From Octopus bimaculoides (Eukaryota): a stretch of DNA of 64,000 bases. The stretch spans positions 105,430,389 through 105,494,388 of the forward strand of contig NC_068985.1 in assembly GCF_001194135.2 (NCBI RefSeq), in the 5' to 3' direction. Both the position numbers and the translations under genes were made by a program. Shown here one piece after another: positions 24,790 to 38,030 of the stretch. Numbering within the stretch: the stretch's first letter is position 1; each line of letters opens with the position of its first letter. Below the pieces are notes generated by a model. It saw only the letters and a list, made by a program, of their open reading frames with translations, searched no databases and had not been told where the DNA came from.

Positions 24790-24930
24790 GCAGTTTTCGT
24801 TTTCAGTTTCCACTCAGGACATATTGGTTTGGTAAGCCCAAGACTATGGTAGGAGTTATTTGCTTAAAGTGGCGTATAGTGGGATCGAACCAGGAACTAC
24901 GTGGTTTTGAACTAAACGTTTCAACTGCAT
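24790..24930 (-). mobile_element. SINE family D, decayed head
   Basis: TTTTCAGTTTCC...GACTATGGTAGGAG...GTGGGATCGAACC. Confidence 0.55.
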
Positions 24931-25062
24931 AGATATACTCTTCTTGATTTACTCACTGTCACGAAATAAAGAATGAAAGAGGCTTTCTGATTCATCGATT
25001 CTGATGCTTCTGATTTTTATGCTTTTCCAGTTTATTGGCATCTTTGATACACACACACACAC

Positions 25063-25101
<39 letters not shown>

Positions 25102-26139
25102 TACATACATACATACATATAACATATACANNNNNNNNNNTACATACATACATACATACATATAACATATACACACACACACTACACACACATGTATACA
25201 CATACATACAAACAAGCACGCATACATTCACACGTATATATACGTGTATGCACACCTGAATATACAAATACATAAATATACATACACATACACACCCATA
25301 TATATATATATATATATATANNNNNNNNNNNNNNNNNNNNNNNNNNNNNNNNNNNNNNNNNNNNNNNNNNNNNNNNNNNNNNNNNNNNNNNNNNNNNNNN
25401 NNNNNNNNNNNNNNNNNNNNNNNNNNNNNNNNNNNNNNNNNNNNNNNNNNNNNNNNNNNNNNNNNNNNNNNNNNNNNNNNNNNNNNNNNNNNNNNNNNNN
25501 NNNNNNNNNNNNNNNNNNNNNNNNNNNNNNNNNNNNNNNNNNNNNNNNNNNNNNNNNNNNNNNNNNNNNNNNNNNNNNNNNNNNNNNNNNNNNNNNNNNN
25601 NNNNNNNNNNNNNNNNNNNNNNNNNNNNNNNNNNNNNNNNNNNNNNNNNNNNNNNNNNNNNNNNNNNNNNNNNNNNNNNNNNNNNNNNNNNNNNNNNNNN
25701 NNNNNNNNNNNNNNNNNNNNNNNNNNNNNNNNNNNNNNNNNNNNNNNNNNNNNNNNNNNNNNNNNNNNNNNNNNNNNNNNNNNNNNNNCCCGCCACCTTC
25801 AGTCCTACCATCACCACTCATAGATATACCGTTCAATACTGCATTTTCCATCACTAAAAGGAAATAAACATATATGCGGCTACTTTCTATATATTCTCCA
25901 TGTCTAATATTACGTCTTCGTGTATCTTTCACACCGCCATCTTTAATTGCTCTCTACTCCGTCAATTTCTCTCACTCATTCTCTTTCTTTTCTCTCTGTT
26001 TCCCTCTCTTCCTCAACCACTCTCTCACTCTCTCTCACTCTCAATCTCTTTCTCTCTCACTCTCAATCTCTTTCTCTCTCTCTCTCACTCTCAATCTCTT
26101 TCTCTCTCTCTCTCTTCACAAATACACACACACACACAC

Positions 26140-26179
<40 letters not shown>

Positions 26180-27190
26180 GTTGTTGTTGTTATTATTATT
26201 ATTATTATTACCATCAATCAATGGCACTCTACGTATATCACTCAATCTCTATCACTCACTCTCTATCTTCGTAATTTCTCCCTCTTAATAATTTCTACTC
26301 ACTCTTCATATACTTACTTTCTCTCGAACATCATTCCGCTTCCCTTCTCTCTCCCTCTCTCTTCCTCCTCTTTCCCCCCACTCTCTGCTCCATCTTTCTC
26401 TGTCTTGGTGAGTGTGTGTGGGGGGATGAGTGTGTGTGTGTGTGTGTGCTCTTTGTTCTTTCTTTTTAATATTTTGCCTACAGTTCTTGCCTTCAGGTTC
26501 AATAATTTGTTTCTCTCCCAAACCGATCACCCACCGCACACATACACTTAATCAATCTAGCTACCTATAATTAGTTTATTGTTCCTCTCTCCCGTAATAC
26601 TCTATCTCCCCCACTTCTTTATTTTCCTTTCTTTTCCCCTATCTCACAGTCTGTCTGTCCATCCATCTACTGCAGTTACTCTATTCACAAGAGAAACAAT
26701 AGAAATAAAGTTAGTTTGACTTTTGTTGCTCAAGGTTAAATTTTCAGTCGACCTGGGATTATCCGTTAATCCACTTTGAGGCTAATTCGATGTGAGTTGA
26801 TTAGAAAAGAAATACTTTTAAATCTTTCTCTAATATTACATTTGTTTTATCTTCCTTTTTATTGTATCATTATTGACAAAGAACAATATGATGCTATGTG
26901 GCGTGTAACTAACTCGCCGTTTACTTGTCTGTCCATGTCACAATGTCTGCTTGTTTTGAGACGAAACCACCGAGCACTCGTATCGTGAATTAAAATTTGC
27001 TGCACGAATTATGCTGTATTTATCATTCTGTGTTATGTCTGTGTTGGAGTGAGTATGTGGTGTGTGTGTGTGTGAGAGAGAGAGAGAAAGAGAATTCAGC
27101 TTGATTAAACGAACAGATACCTTAAAATTATTTAAATATGTATATATTGAAGTGACGTGAATAGATACATATAAGCATGGATAGATACGA

Positions 27191-27223
<33 letters not shown>

Positions 27224-27249
27224 TACACACATACACACAAACATATATG

Positions 27250-27291
<42 letters not shown>

Positions 27292-27532
27292 TGTATAGAT
27301 ATACTTATATTCTTGAATTAAAACATACCTACATACATGCATATATATACATACAATTACATGCATATATACATACTTACAAATGCAGATACATATAGTT
27401 ACATGCTCATATAGACACATATGTCCATATACACACACGCACACACATTTATATATATATATATATATACATTACATATATATATGTATACACTTATATA
27501 ACACATACGTCCATATACACACACGCACACAC

Positions 27533-27571
<39 letters not shown>

Positions 27572-27609
27572 TTACATATATATATGTACACAGTTATATA
27601 ATATATACA

Positions 27610-27641
<32 letters not shown>

Positions 27642-27848
27642 AGTAGACGGAGAGCATGTCACGTGTACAGTTATATGTACGACTGCTATTTATGAGTTTA
27701 GAAATCCCCGTAGATTATCATTGCCAAGTCAATTTCTAGCATAGTGATATGGTTACTACTCTACTTAGTAGCATTGCTGGTTGAAATACTGAGGAAATAT
27801 AGGAGAAATTATGATAAACACAATTTTATATCATATGTTCCTTTCGTA

Positions 27849-28129
27849 TGTTTCACCGTTGTGGTTATTTGCATCCGCTGCAGTGAATGTGCCAAGCACA
27901 ATTGAATGCTAAACCACAGCAGTTTTGCAGGGAAACACTTTATTATGATCAATGTGACATAATGCAATATAGCGTCCCCTTGAGGGAATGCTTTTTTGTA
28001 CTTGAAACATCCACTGCATCCAATTGCGTTCCCTTGAGGGAATGCTTTTTTGTACTTGAAACATCCACTGCATCCAATTGCACTTGGAACACTCACTGCA
28101 GAAGATGCAAATAGCCAAATGGTGAAACA
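27849..28129. mobile_element. MITE with about 60-bp terminal inverted repeats and an internal 54-bp tandem duplication
   Basis: 27849-27909 (TGTTTCACCGTTGTGGTTATTTGCATCCGCTGCAGTGAATGTGCCAAGCACAATTGAATGC) aligns at roughly 80% to the reverse complement of 28070-28129. Units at 27972-28025 and 28026-28079 differ at one base. Confidence 0.75.
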
Positions 28130-28444
28130 CGACATAATGGTCTGGAAGTGAAAAAAAATTATGCTGTGTATTGAAAACTCAATTGCCCAACAGAAGTTAA
28201 AAGAATAGCGGCAGGCATATCTGGGTGACTAAGAGTCTCGCTTTGCAACTATATGGCTTCGAGTTCAGTTTTGTTGTGCAGCACTTTTGGCAAGTGTCTC
28301 CAACTATAGTCCCGGGCCGACACATACACTAAAAAATAAAAACAATTCCATATATTTAGTTTAAATTTCTGGAAAGAGCAGATTGGTCAACATGTAATTT
28401 TTTAAGATGCATGTAAATATACAAAATATATATTCTTTTATTTT

Positions 28445-28585
28445 TTACTTGTTTCAGTCATTTGACTGCGGCCATGCTGGAGCACCGTCTTTAAGATTTT
28501 AGTCCAACAAATCAACCCAAGGACTTATCTTTTGAGGCTGTACTTATTGTACCGATCACTTTTGCCGAACCGCTATGTTACCGGT
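28445..28585 (-). mobile_element. SINE family D, 3' tail
   Basis: TACTTGTTTCAGTCATTTGACTGCGGCCATGCTGGAGCACCG...TTTTGCCGAACCGCTA. Confidence 0.85.
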
Positions 28586-28595
28586 CGAAAACTAT

Positions 28596-28899
28596 TGTAA
28601 CGTTGTTACTCGTCGTTAATTATTGTAGTATCACCACTTGTTGTGACGGCTATAGTGTTTACACTATAACCATGTAGCAAAAATAAAATATGTAACGAAG
28701 TAGGGTAACAACGACGTAACAATCCGACCAACTCTCCACCAACTATACACGAACCGACAAATGCCATTCCGACAAACTACCAAAACACCTTACGACTTCC
28801 TGCGATTAACGCCCACTCTCTTTCTGTCTCTCACTCAGACCGTTATTATTTACAGTCGTCCGATCAAGTTTAGGGGGTGTTGTGACTCTCGCCACAACG
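28596..28899 (-). mobile_element. 3' LTR of a Ty3/Gypsy relic
   Basis: Minus-strand polypurine tract AAAAGGGGAGA at about 28900-28910, immediately followed by (C/T)GTTGTGGCG; the other end is ...GTTACA at 28596. Confidence 0.6.
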
Positions 28900-29650
28900 T
28901 CTCCCCTTTTGAGATTTCGACTTCCGTAGGAAACGAAATTTATTTCATTAATGTTTTTTCTTTCTTTCTAACTCCTCTCCTTTTGGAAATTTTGCTTCCC
29001 TGGGGAGTTCAGTATCTTTTTTCCGATTAGGAATTATTTCTAAATGTTCAGTCTGTTTACATTTTCTGTTACTGCTCCTTCTAGACTCAATCCCTCTTGG
29101 TGCTTGCACATCGAACATGTCGTAAAACACTTCCATTGGAATTTCCTTCCGTTCTTCAGTATGTCTGACTGATTTTTAATTGATTTAGGTGTCGTTTATG
29201 CGCCCATCGTTGGCTTTTTATTAAGTACATCATGTTAGTCACTACACCATCCTGCCAACTCCTGAATGACATTATACATAACGTTTTTAATTTCCTCTTC
29301 TGATTGTAATGCGGCTATCACCGTGTCTTCCAGCGGTTCCACATTCTTCGGAATAAGCCTAGATAAACAATCTGCATGGCCAATTTTCTTTGACGGAATG
29401 TACTCCATCTTAAAGTTGTTATTTAACAATATTGAACCCCAGTGTTATAATCTGTTAGCTGTGTGGGTAGGAATTCCTTTCTCCGATCCGAAAATTGATA
29501 GTAACGATCGGTGGTCCATCTAAAGCCGAAAAATTCTACCATGGAGAAATCTGTGAAATTTCTTCACGGCAAAGAAAAAACGTTAGAGCTTCTTTCTCTA
29601 TCTAGAAAGTTTTTTAATGCGTTAGAGAATGACAAACCAAAGATCATTAT
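28900..29650 (-). pseudogene. Ty3/Gypsy pol relic: RNase H domain joined to the integrase C-terminal tail
   Basis: KEALTFFFAVKKFHRFLHGR...DHRSLLSIFGSEKGIPTHTANRL*HWGSILLNNNFKMEYIPSKKIGHADCLSRLIPK, followed by a C-terminal tail MEVFYDMFDV...RRS. Confidence 0.9.
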
Positions 29651-30363
29651 CCCAAATTTAATTATTATAATATATTCTTGTCACACGTTGATATTATCAT
29701 ATTTTTTTAATTTTTATTTATTTATTTATTTATTTATTTTGATAAGAAATGTCAGGGAGAAAAAAACTGAGAAGGAATTGTTAGGGTAGCATAGAAGATG
29801 AAAGATGTTACAAATCGAGAAAAACTGTCATCAAAATGCCTGAGACTGGACGCCATATTCGTTCTAGTATTTTGCCTTGTCTTTCAGTTGCAAATCGAGA
29901 ATAATGCAGTGAGATAAAATATTTTGCCCTGATTCTAAAGAAACTGTGGCATATGAGGTAGATGTCTAGGAATTTAGCTATAAAAGCACGCTTTCAGAAT
30001 TTAGCAGAACCAGTACTTGGTCTACAATGAATTCTGGACGGTAAAGTAGAAAAGTGTACTTCTAAGTAGTTTGCTGACCCAAAGAGTAGACTGGAAACAA
30101 TCAGTACTTATGAAATCTTCGTAGCTCTTATATTCTGGAGTAAAGTACTGGAAAATGTTTTCTCTTTATATTTTTACAGAAACGAACACTTTAATTATAA
30201 AGGCATCATCTCAATATCCCTCCCGTTCTCTTTATACCAGCCTATCATTGCTTTGTGTATATATACAACAGTATCGTAAGATCCTTCTTGACGAGTTGTG
30301 ACTTAGGCAACAAACAATAAAGGTAAGATAATAAACGCACGTCCATCTATCAGCGTATTCCAG

Positions 30364-30438
<75 letters not shown>

Positions 30439-30650
30439 TTATATAGAAAGGATTGAGGTAACTCCTCCTGAAGATATAGAGTCAAAATTAAAAGAAGAGT
30501 GCCATTTGCTATCTCGTGAACAATATTTCGACATTTTGACTCTNNNNNNNNNNNNNNNNNNNNNNNNNNNNNNNNNNNNNNNNNNNNNNNNNNNNNNNNN
30601 NNNNNNNNNNNNNNNNNNNNNNNNNNNNNNNNNNNNNNNNNNNNNNNNNN

Positions 30651-30689
<39 letters not shown>

Positions 30690-30760
30690 CATTATCATCA
30701 TTATTATTATTATCATCATCATCATCATCATCATCATCATTATCATCATCATCATCATCG

Positions 30761-31313
30761 TTGAGTGAGAGAGCAGTGCATGCCATCAGTGACACTGGGG
30801 TAAAATATACGAGGCCCAGTATACCCATAATAGCTACCCGTCTGATAAGGGTACACCTAACACATGCATCACAACCATATGTGCGCGACATGGTGATCTC
30901 ATATCAAGATAAACAGCGCATGACCTTGCAGGTGGGGCCCAGTTAGAATTTTCTTCGGGTCGAGTAGCCCATCCCGTTCAAAAGGTCCCTGAATAAGGGT
31001 TGTTTAATGATGTTGAACAAAACACCCATGTTTCCAAAGGTGAATTAACCAACCCAAAATAATTTCTCTCAACACATGGCTATGATGCTCCCCCACTACT
31101 TCTGCCTGTGATCAGAGATGCACATGTCGTCAGCTACTAAGGGACATGCTCAACTGGTTAAGGTCAAGCAACTGACAAGCAATTCTGCGGTATTAAGCAA
31201 AATATTTGCTGTAGTCCATCTTTTATATCAAGACAAAACAATGTCCATGATAACACTTCCAATCAATTAAGATCAAACGCCATGAGAGCCACTGCCTGGT
31301 ACTGCATCAGGGC

Positions 31314-31316
<3 letters not shown>
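30761..31316. mobile_element. Repeat E, about 556-bp non-autonomous element flanked by (ATC)/(TTA)n tracts
   Basis: Second copy at 44730-45272 and a terminal fragment at 3405-3468; no long ORF. Confidence 0.8.
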
Positions 31317-31370
<54 letters not shown>

Positions 31371-32957
31371 TATGCTGCCTAAATTTTTATTATCGTTGCT
31401 TTAATTGATCTTTTTATTATAGAGATATATTAAGAATAAACTATTTGCATGCCACAAATATGAGGGAAGTTGCAAATCGCTGAGGCAAAGTGTATACGGG
31501 AAATAATCGGTATTTAAGAATGCTTAGTCGTCCTTACATTGTGAAATAAAGTGCTAAACAAGGCTTTCAGTTTATTTATGAATTTACAAAAACTGTGTCT
31601 AGTTGTGGTAAAAATTTCTCATTCGATTCAGCTTCATGTTAAAGATATGAAAAATATCCGAAATAAGTATAAATTTCAAGTCAAACAGACTGAGATGAAG
31701 CAAATAAATTGGCTGGAAAATGTAATATTAATACGTAAGTGAGAAAGTACAAAGGATGCAAAGAAAAATATTCCCTGGTGAAATCGCAAAGAATGAAGAA
31801 ATATTTTATGTTCAAATGAAATTAATGGTTGATTCATATTAAATGTCGTTAGATTCTATTATAAATAGCTCACGTGTAAGATTTGAGTATTTCAAACATT
31901 TGGCTTCGAAATTTAGTGCAATCAATCCAAAGCATTTTGACGACGCAGGTAATTTTTATGATTCTTATCATTTTTAGTAGACACAAACTCAGACGTTATC
32001 CAGGGTCAAACTAAAATCATACAAGAATTTTGCTTTCATACAAAGACATATGCAAATGAATAACGTTCACTTGGAAGAAAGTAAATTCGAGCGCCGAGAA
32101 AATGACTGCTGTCAATGTACTTCAATTCATGATTACCAACAATGTGTATTTCATTTATCCTAACCCACGGACGTATTTTTGCTTAACTTACCCAGTAACT
32201 AGCCTAGCTACTAAGCGATCCTTTAATCGGTTGAAACACACAAAGTTCTAACTTCATCCTACAATTTGCGGGAGTAAATTGTCTGAGTTAGTTCTGCTCT
32301 CCATTACAAGAGAATTGATTACTAAGATTAATTACTGTCATTCTTCTAAGTGACCAATTAATAATCAAGTAATAGATAAATAGCATTTTTCACGTTGCCT
32401 CGTGTCATATAACTGGCACCACAACCCTCCAACCACTATATATATACAGAGAGAGAAGAAGAGAGAGGAAGAGAGAGAGAGAACAAGAGAGAGAGAAAAA
32501 AACATGCATGCATACATACATAAATATATATATATATATATATATATANNNNNNNNNNNNNNNNNNNNNNNNNNNNNNNNNNNNNNNNNNNNNNNNNNNN
32601 NNNNNNNNNNNNNNNNNNNNNNNNAAGTAAATATGTGAAGTATTATTACTGTTGAAAATAGTAATAATAAGGTAGCTCAGGTGTGTATTTATCGTAGAAT
32701 TGGTGGATTTTTAAAGCTTTCACTTTGATTTTTAGCAAGTGCTATCTTTACCCTTCTTGTCTTCAAATATTTTATATCATACCTGTTTAGGTAGAAGTCT
32801 TGCTAGCCACATCATTATTACTGTTTTTAACAGTAATAATACTTCACATATTTACTTTTTTATTGTTTACGACAGTTTTTCTCTTTAAACAGAGCGGGAC
32901 GTTTAAAGTTAGAAACGCACGTATATATGTATATATGTATGTATGTATATATGTATG

Positions 32958-33003
<46 letters not shown>

Positions 33004-33284
33004 TATAGATACACGCATAATCATATATACATATACATACATTAATATACACATACACTGTTAATTATAATATACATACTCGAATTGGATTAGTCAGTTA
33101 TGTAATAAGTAATTGTACATACGCATTTATAGTGTACAATAAACATATTTATTGTACATATGTTGGTTAAGTGGAGTGGACATCTTTGATGAGGTTCGAA
33201 AATCGATTAAGGCTCTTAGTCATTTTTGCAATCTACTGAAAAATAATTTAATTTATTTATATATCTACTGCATATATATATCGT

Positions 33285-33430
33285 GGCACTCCGTCGGTTA
33301 CCGCGACGAGGGTTCCAGTTGATCCGATCAACGGAACAGCCTGCTCGCGAAATTAACGTGCAAATGGGTGAGCATTCCACAGACACGTGTACCCTTAACG
33401 TAGTTCTCGGGGAGATTCAGCGTAACACAG
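33285..33430 (-). mobile_element. SINE family C, 3' part
   Basis: GGCACTCCGTCGGTTAC...GTTCCAGTTGATCCGATCAACGGAACAGCC matches about 40077-40220. Confidence 0.85.
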
Positions 33431-33469
<39 letters not shown>

Positions 33470-36400
33470 ATTTATTTACAAGTATATCTCATTTGTTAGA
33501 GTATCAGACTTTTAATCTGAAGTCGCAGGTTCATATCCCTCAGCGGGCGTATATATACTTCTGGGCAGTGCTCTAGTATGGCCACAGTATAATGACTGGT
33601 ACAAGTAAAAGAATAAAAGCGTTGTGTGTGTGTGAATTCGTATTCTCGTGCGTTTTTGTTATGTATATATTTAATAAATAGATAATAAATGTATAATAAA
33701 TTACACCTTTCTATTGATAAACTACTTACATTTTCATGGACAACACACAACAATACATTAATTAAACAGATCCCCATGGCAGCACGTGTAAAATGACACA
33801 CTGGGATTTCTTTAAACAAGTTATTTAAACTTTACTTGACTTAGTCGGATTAACAAAATAAAATTTCTCATATTTAAAACGAAAATTCAAGTTCAGAGAA
33901 TAAGACAAATAATTTTGAAATACATCAAAATTAAAATACAAATACGAGATCTGCATGAAAAAAGTCGCAAGAACTCCTGATCAGAAGTTGGATTAAAAAC
34001 AAAAATTATGTTGAAAATTAATGCTCTATGTAAAGTGCTTTTAATTTTCGTTTTATGCATTGCCGGAATATGTTGCCTTGTGCTAGTTTTCATTGCATTA
34101 GCTTGTTAAGATATATAAACCTCTGGAAATAATGCAACAGCCGCTCATGGTTGCAATCTCTGTCACCTTTTATTTAACTGAAGCTAAACGAACTAGAAAC
34201 TCTGGATTTCACTCATAAAGACTAATGACCTTGGAACTTCTGGCCTGTAAACCAAGCTTTATTGATTCTGTCACCACTGATTATTTGAATTTCGGACCTG
34301 GAACACTTATCGAAAGCGACATTGATTGTCCGGCCCTGAATCAGAATCTTTTAACTACTCTTATATTAGCGTGTACATTTATGTTTATCTTTGTCTTTCT
34401 TTCATATACACTCACACCTCGTATTCGCTTATCGTCAATAACTATCTGCTCTCTTCACTCCGTTTATTTATCTATCGATCAATTTATTCGACTCCATGTC
34501 TTTGTGTCTCTATTGATCCTTTATTTTGTCTTCCTATTTGTAAGTCCACTTATTCCTCTCTAAGTGGATAATTATATCTAAATGGGTTTTTTCTGTATCT
34601 GTTTTATTTATATATTTTCAATTGATCGTTGAATTAATGTAAACTGTAGTAGTGCAAAGAACTCCAAAGTAAGGGTCAAATACATTTGGCCCTTGTTACA
34701 GTCAGCTTCTTGAGTGTGTAGTCAATAAAACGTGTGGCGCGCTCGCAAAATAACAAATGCGTAGAACTCAGATTTGCTGAAAGTATTTATATTGGCTAGT
34801 TCTAACATATTTCTAGAAATAAGGTCTCTGCTTCAGACCTGTTGGTTCCATAGTTGGTTGTGGGGAAAATTATCATAAATAGTGATTTAAAAAAGGTAGT
34901 TTAAAAGATACGAAGCAGTTCATATGTTATAGAATGACATTTCACCTAAAATGAAAAACAGTCATCCATATGAAAAGTACAAAAGGTTGTCAGTCCATAG
35001 TTAATTTAATCAGTAATATATAAGCCTTTAAAAAATATTACATTGATGATAGTAAAGCTTTGCATCTGAAAATTAATTCTACATTAGTTTGAATGTTACA
35101 TAATTAGAACGAATAGTTTCGCTATGTTGATAATTTCTCTACGGTAAAAATAAGAAAAGGCACACTTTCTGGAATTTGTAGAAATGATTTATTACTTTGA
35201 GTGTTCTTTCATTGAAGTGCGTATCTCGTATTGAGACTAACCGAATGAAAAAACCTTTTCGCTGATACAGAGGACGAAGGATGTGGACTGATCAGCTAAA
35301 GTGTCTTGCGTAAGCTACAGCAGCTTGTAAACTGTAATCTACATTAGTTGTAAAAGCTGCGATAATTTGAGACAGCAGTTTAAGCTACAGTGGCTTGTAA
35401 CAATGTTCAAATTGTCGTGACTTGTGGCAGTAGTTTAAGCTGTAATGGCTTGTAACAGTAAATGGTGCATGTGTTCATCTTTTCAGTTTCATTAAACATG
35501 TTGGAACAAGGTAAATAAAAATGTGTCAGCTGTGTGAGTCTAAACAAGCTGCGGCATTGTGGCCGATAAGTGAGCTGCACGACTGTTGTAATGTAATTAG
35601 ACTACATGACTGTTCAAGTAGCTGATAGTAAAAACGGTTATCGTGGGGCTAGTGATAAAAAGTTCGCTCAGCCCGCAAAAAAATGACTTACATTACTAGT
35701 CGTAATTCACTCTTCAGCCAATCTATGCAGAAGCGAGAGTCTATAGAGAAGTCAGAGCCGTCAAGGGGGTACCCTGAGGAAATGTACCGGGATGTGAACT
35801 CAGAGCTGCCGAAATGGTGCTCTCTGGTGATGTTTCAATATGTGCAGAAGCCAAAGTCGTCAAGGTGTTGTTCTCTGCAGATGCTTCAGTGTGTAAAGAA
35901 GAGAACGGGTCCCTAAACGTAAGAATGATTTGGCTCTTTCGTATATAATATTTTACATCCAGAATAGTTCATTTTCTAGGTCAAACCGCTTCTTGTATAA
36001 TTTCTACTTTGACAGTGGCAAACGTACGGAATATATCGCATAGAGAATATTGGTTCCTTGAGTGTGTTACAAGATTATCGATCAAACAGTTTTAAAAATA
36101 AAGCAAATTACAGTGGCACACCCATTGGATAGGGTGGGGGAGGAGTGTAAACAATAACTTACACTTTCACCACATTATAAAATTGGCTGACGCAATGCTG
36201 TTGTTGATTAGTGTCCTCCATCAATGAGTAAGTATGTTGCTATCGTTAATGGATTAAAATAAAAGGCATGATCAAATATTTTGTTGCATGTCCACATCGT
36301 TCGTACATTACTAGTGTAGTTTCCACATTTTAATCTGATTCGCTACAAGTGTCACTAACATATAACTCTCATAGTTTAGTATATACATGTGTGTTTATGT

Positions 36401-37894
36401 GTGCGTGTGCGTGCATGCGTGCGTGTGTGTGTGTATGTTTTATTTTCATTCTATTTTTTATGTAAGATACATTGCTTGCTACAAGGAAACAGGATTCATC
36501 TGAAGGTTTCTTAGCAATGGCAAAGAGAGTCAATTATAGATGTCCTTCACTATGGCTGCTCTGAAACAAACATGATTCTGATTTTCTAAAATTAATAATC
36601 TTTTTCTATGTTTTTATATAATGTTAAGGTCTTTTTACATACATAAAAGTTCTCTGAATTATACGGAGCGGGGTGCGAAATAAGATTGCCTAATTTTCAT
36701 GTTTTGAATGACATTAGAAAGGTAATTGGTATCAAATTGTTTCAACGAGGAATCGAAACTTATTCGCGTTCTTTGCTACTACGCTCATCATCTGGATTTT
36801 TGTTTGATGATTACACCAACAAGGACTATTTTTATGAAACAAAGTCTTTAGGTGGCTAGTTTATCTCTCTGCCTAAATTCTCTTTACCTCTCTTTCTATC
36901 TCTCCGTGTACACATACATACATACGTTCATGCATACATACATACATACATACATACATACATACATACATACATACATACATACATGAATATTTGTAAT
37001 CAAATTGCAGGTATCAGTACTACCAGTTGAGTTCTACATACAGAACACTAACATGTTCATAGGGTAATCAGGAAAGAATGCGCTCCGGTCCGGGGCCTAC
37101 TTTTCGACGGTATTATTGCACACCGGCCTCTCTCCCTGAGATGAGGCGCCACTTGCAAAAACAGCAAGTTACTAGCATTCTTCTAGCCATTGATCGTCAT
37201 CTCTTTTTAACCAAATCCAGTGGTTTGTTTTCTCCACTAATTTGCTTTCAATCATTGTCTTTATCATTTTCCCTACCTTATACGGATATCTATAGGCAGA
37301 CAGACAGGTACAGAGGTAATATCTGAATCTAACAGGCCATTCACTTCTGACTAAAAGTTTATCGTTGTATGACCTATATCCAGCGATTAGACACGATCTG
37401 TCTTTTAAGATAAGGATTAACTTGTTATGGTTATATCTATATTATGTAATGTAGAATTTATTTCTAATATCATTTCAAAGAGCATTACAAGTAAATAAAT
37501 AAATAAAAATATTGCTGAATCTGTTATAGATTTAATATGTTTCTAGGTGCCGATTTAATTAAACAATTTGTACTTTTGCTCGCTGGTGTTATTTTATTTA
37601 TTTTACAAAGACGGCAAAAAGCTATGTTCAACTATTACAAAACATTGACTACATTTCTGTCACTTTACTTTTTACATAAACATTTCTCAAAGTTTATCTG
37701 TTTCACCCATCACCACCACCACATATTCAAAGAACCTTAATGTACAAATTGAAATGCAAAAGAATGAAATAATAAATGGATTTATGAATGAAAGTTTGGT
37801 AATTGCGCTTATTTCCACCACGCGGCACTTATTATTGCAAACATGTTTTAACTAACCTAAATTATAAACATACACACAAATACATTCATATATA

Positions 37895-38030
37895 TGTCTC
37901 GAGTTGTAGCTGTAATTCAAAGGGGCCAGCCTTGTCATATTCTGTGTGAAGCTGATTCTCCCTGAGAACTGCGTTAATGTTATTCATGTCTGTGGAGTAT
38001 TCAGCCATATGTGAGTTAATATTATCCTCG
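37895..38030 (+). mobile_element. SINE family C, internal fragment
   Basis: CTGTAATTCAAAGGGGCCAGCCTTGTCA...ATGTCTGTGGAGTATTCAGCC is the reverse complement of part of the 40063-40453 copy. Confidence 0.75.

Noticed and set aside
27972-28079. CRISPR-like or coding repeat
   Set aside because: Only two adjacent 54-bp units with no spacers, inside a MITE in a eukaryotic genome.
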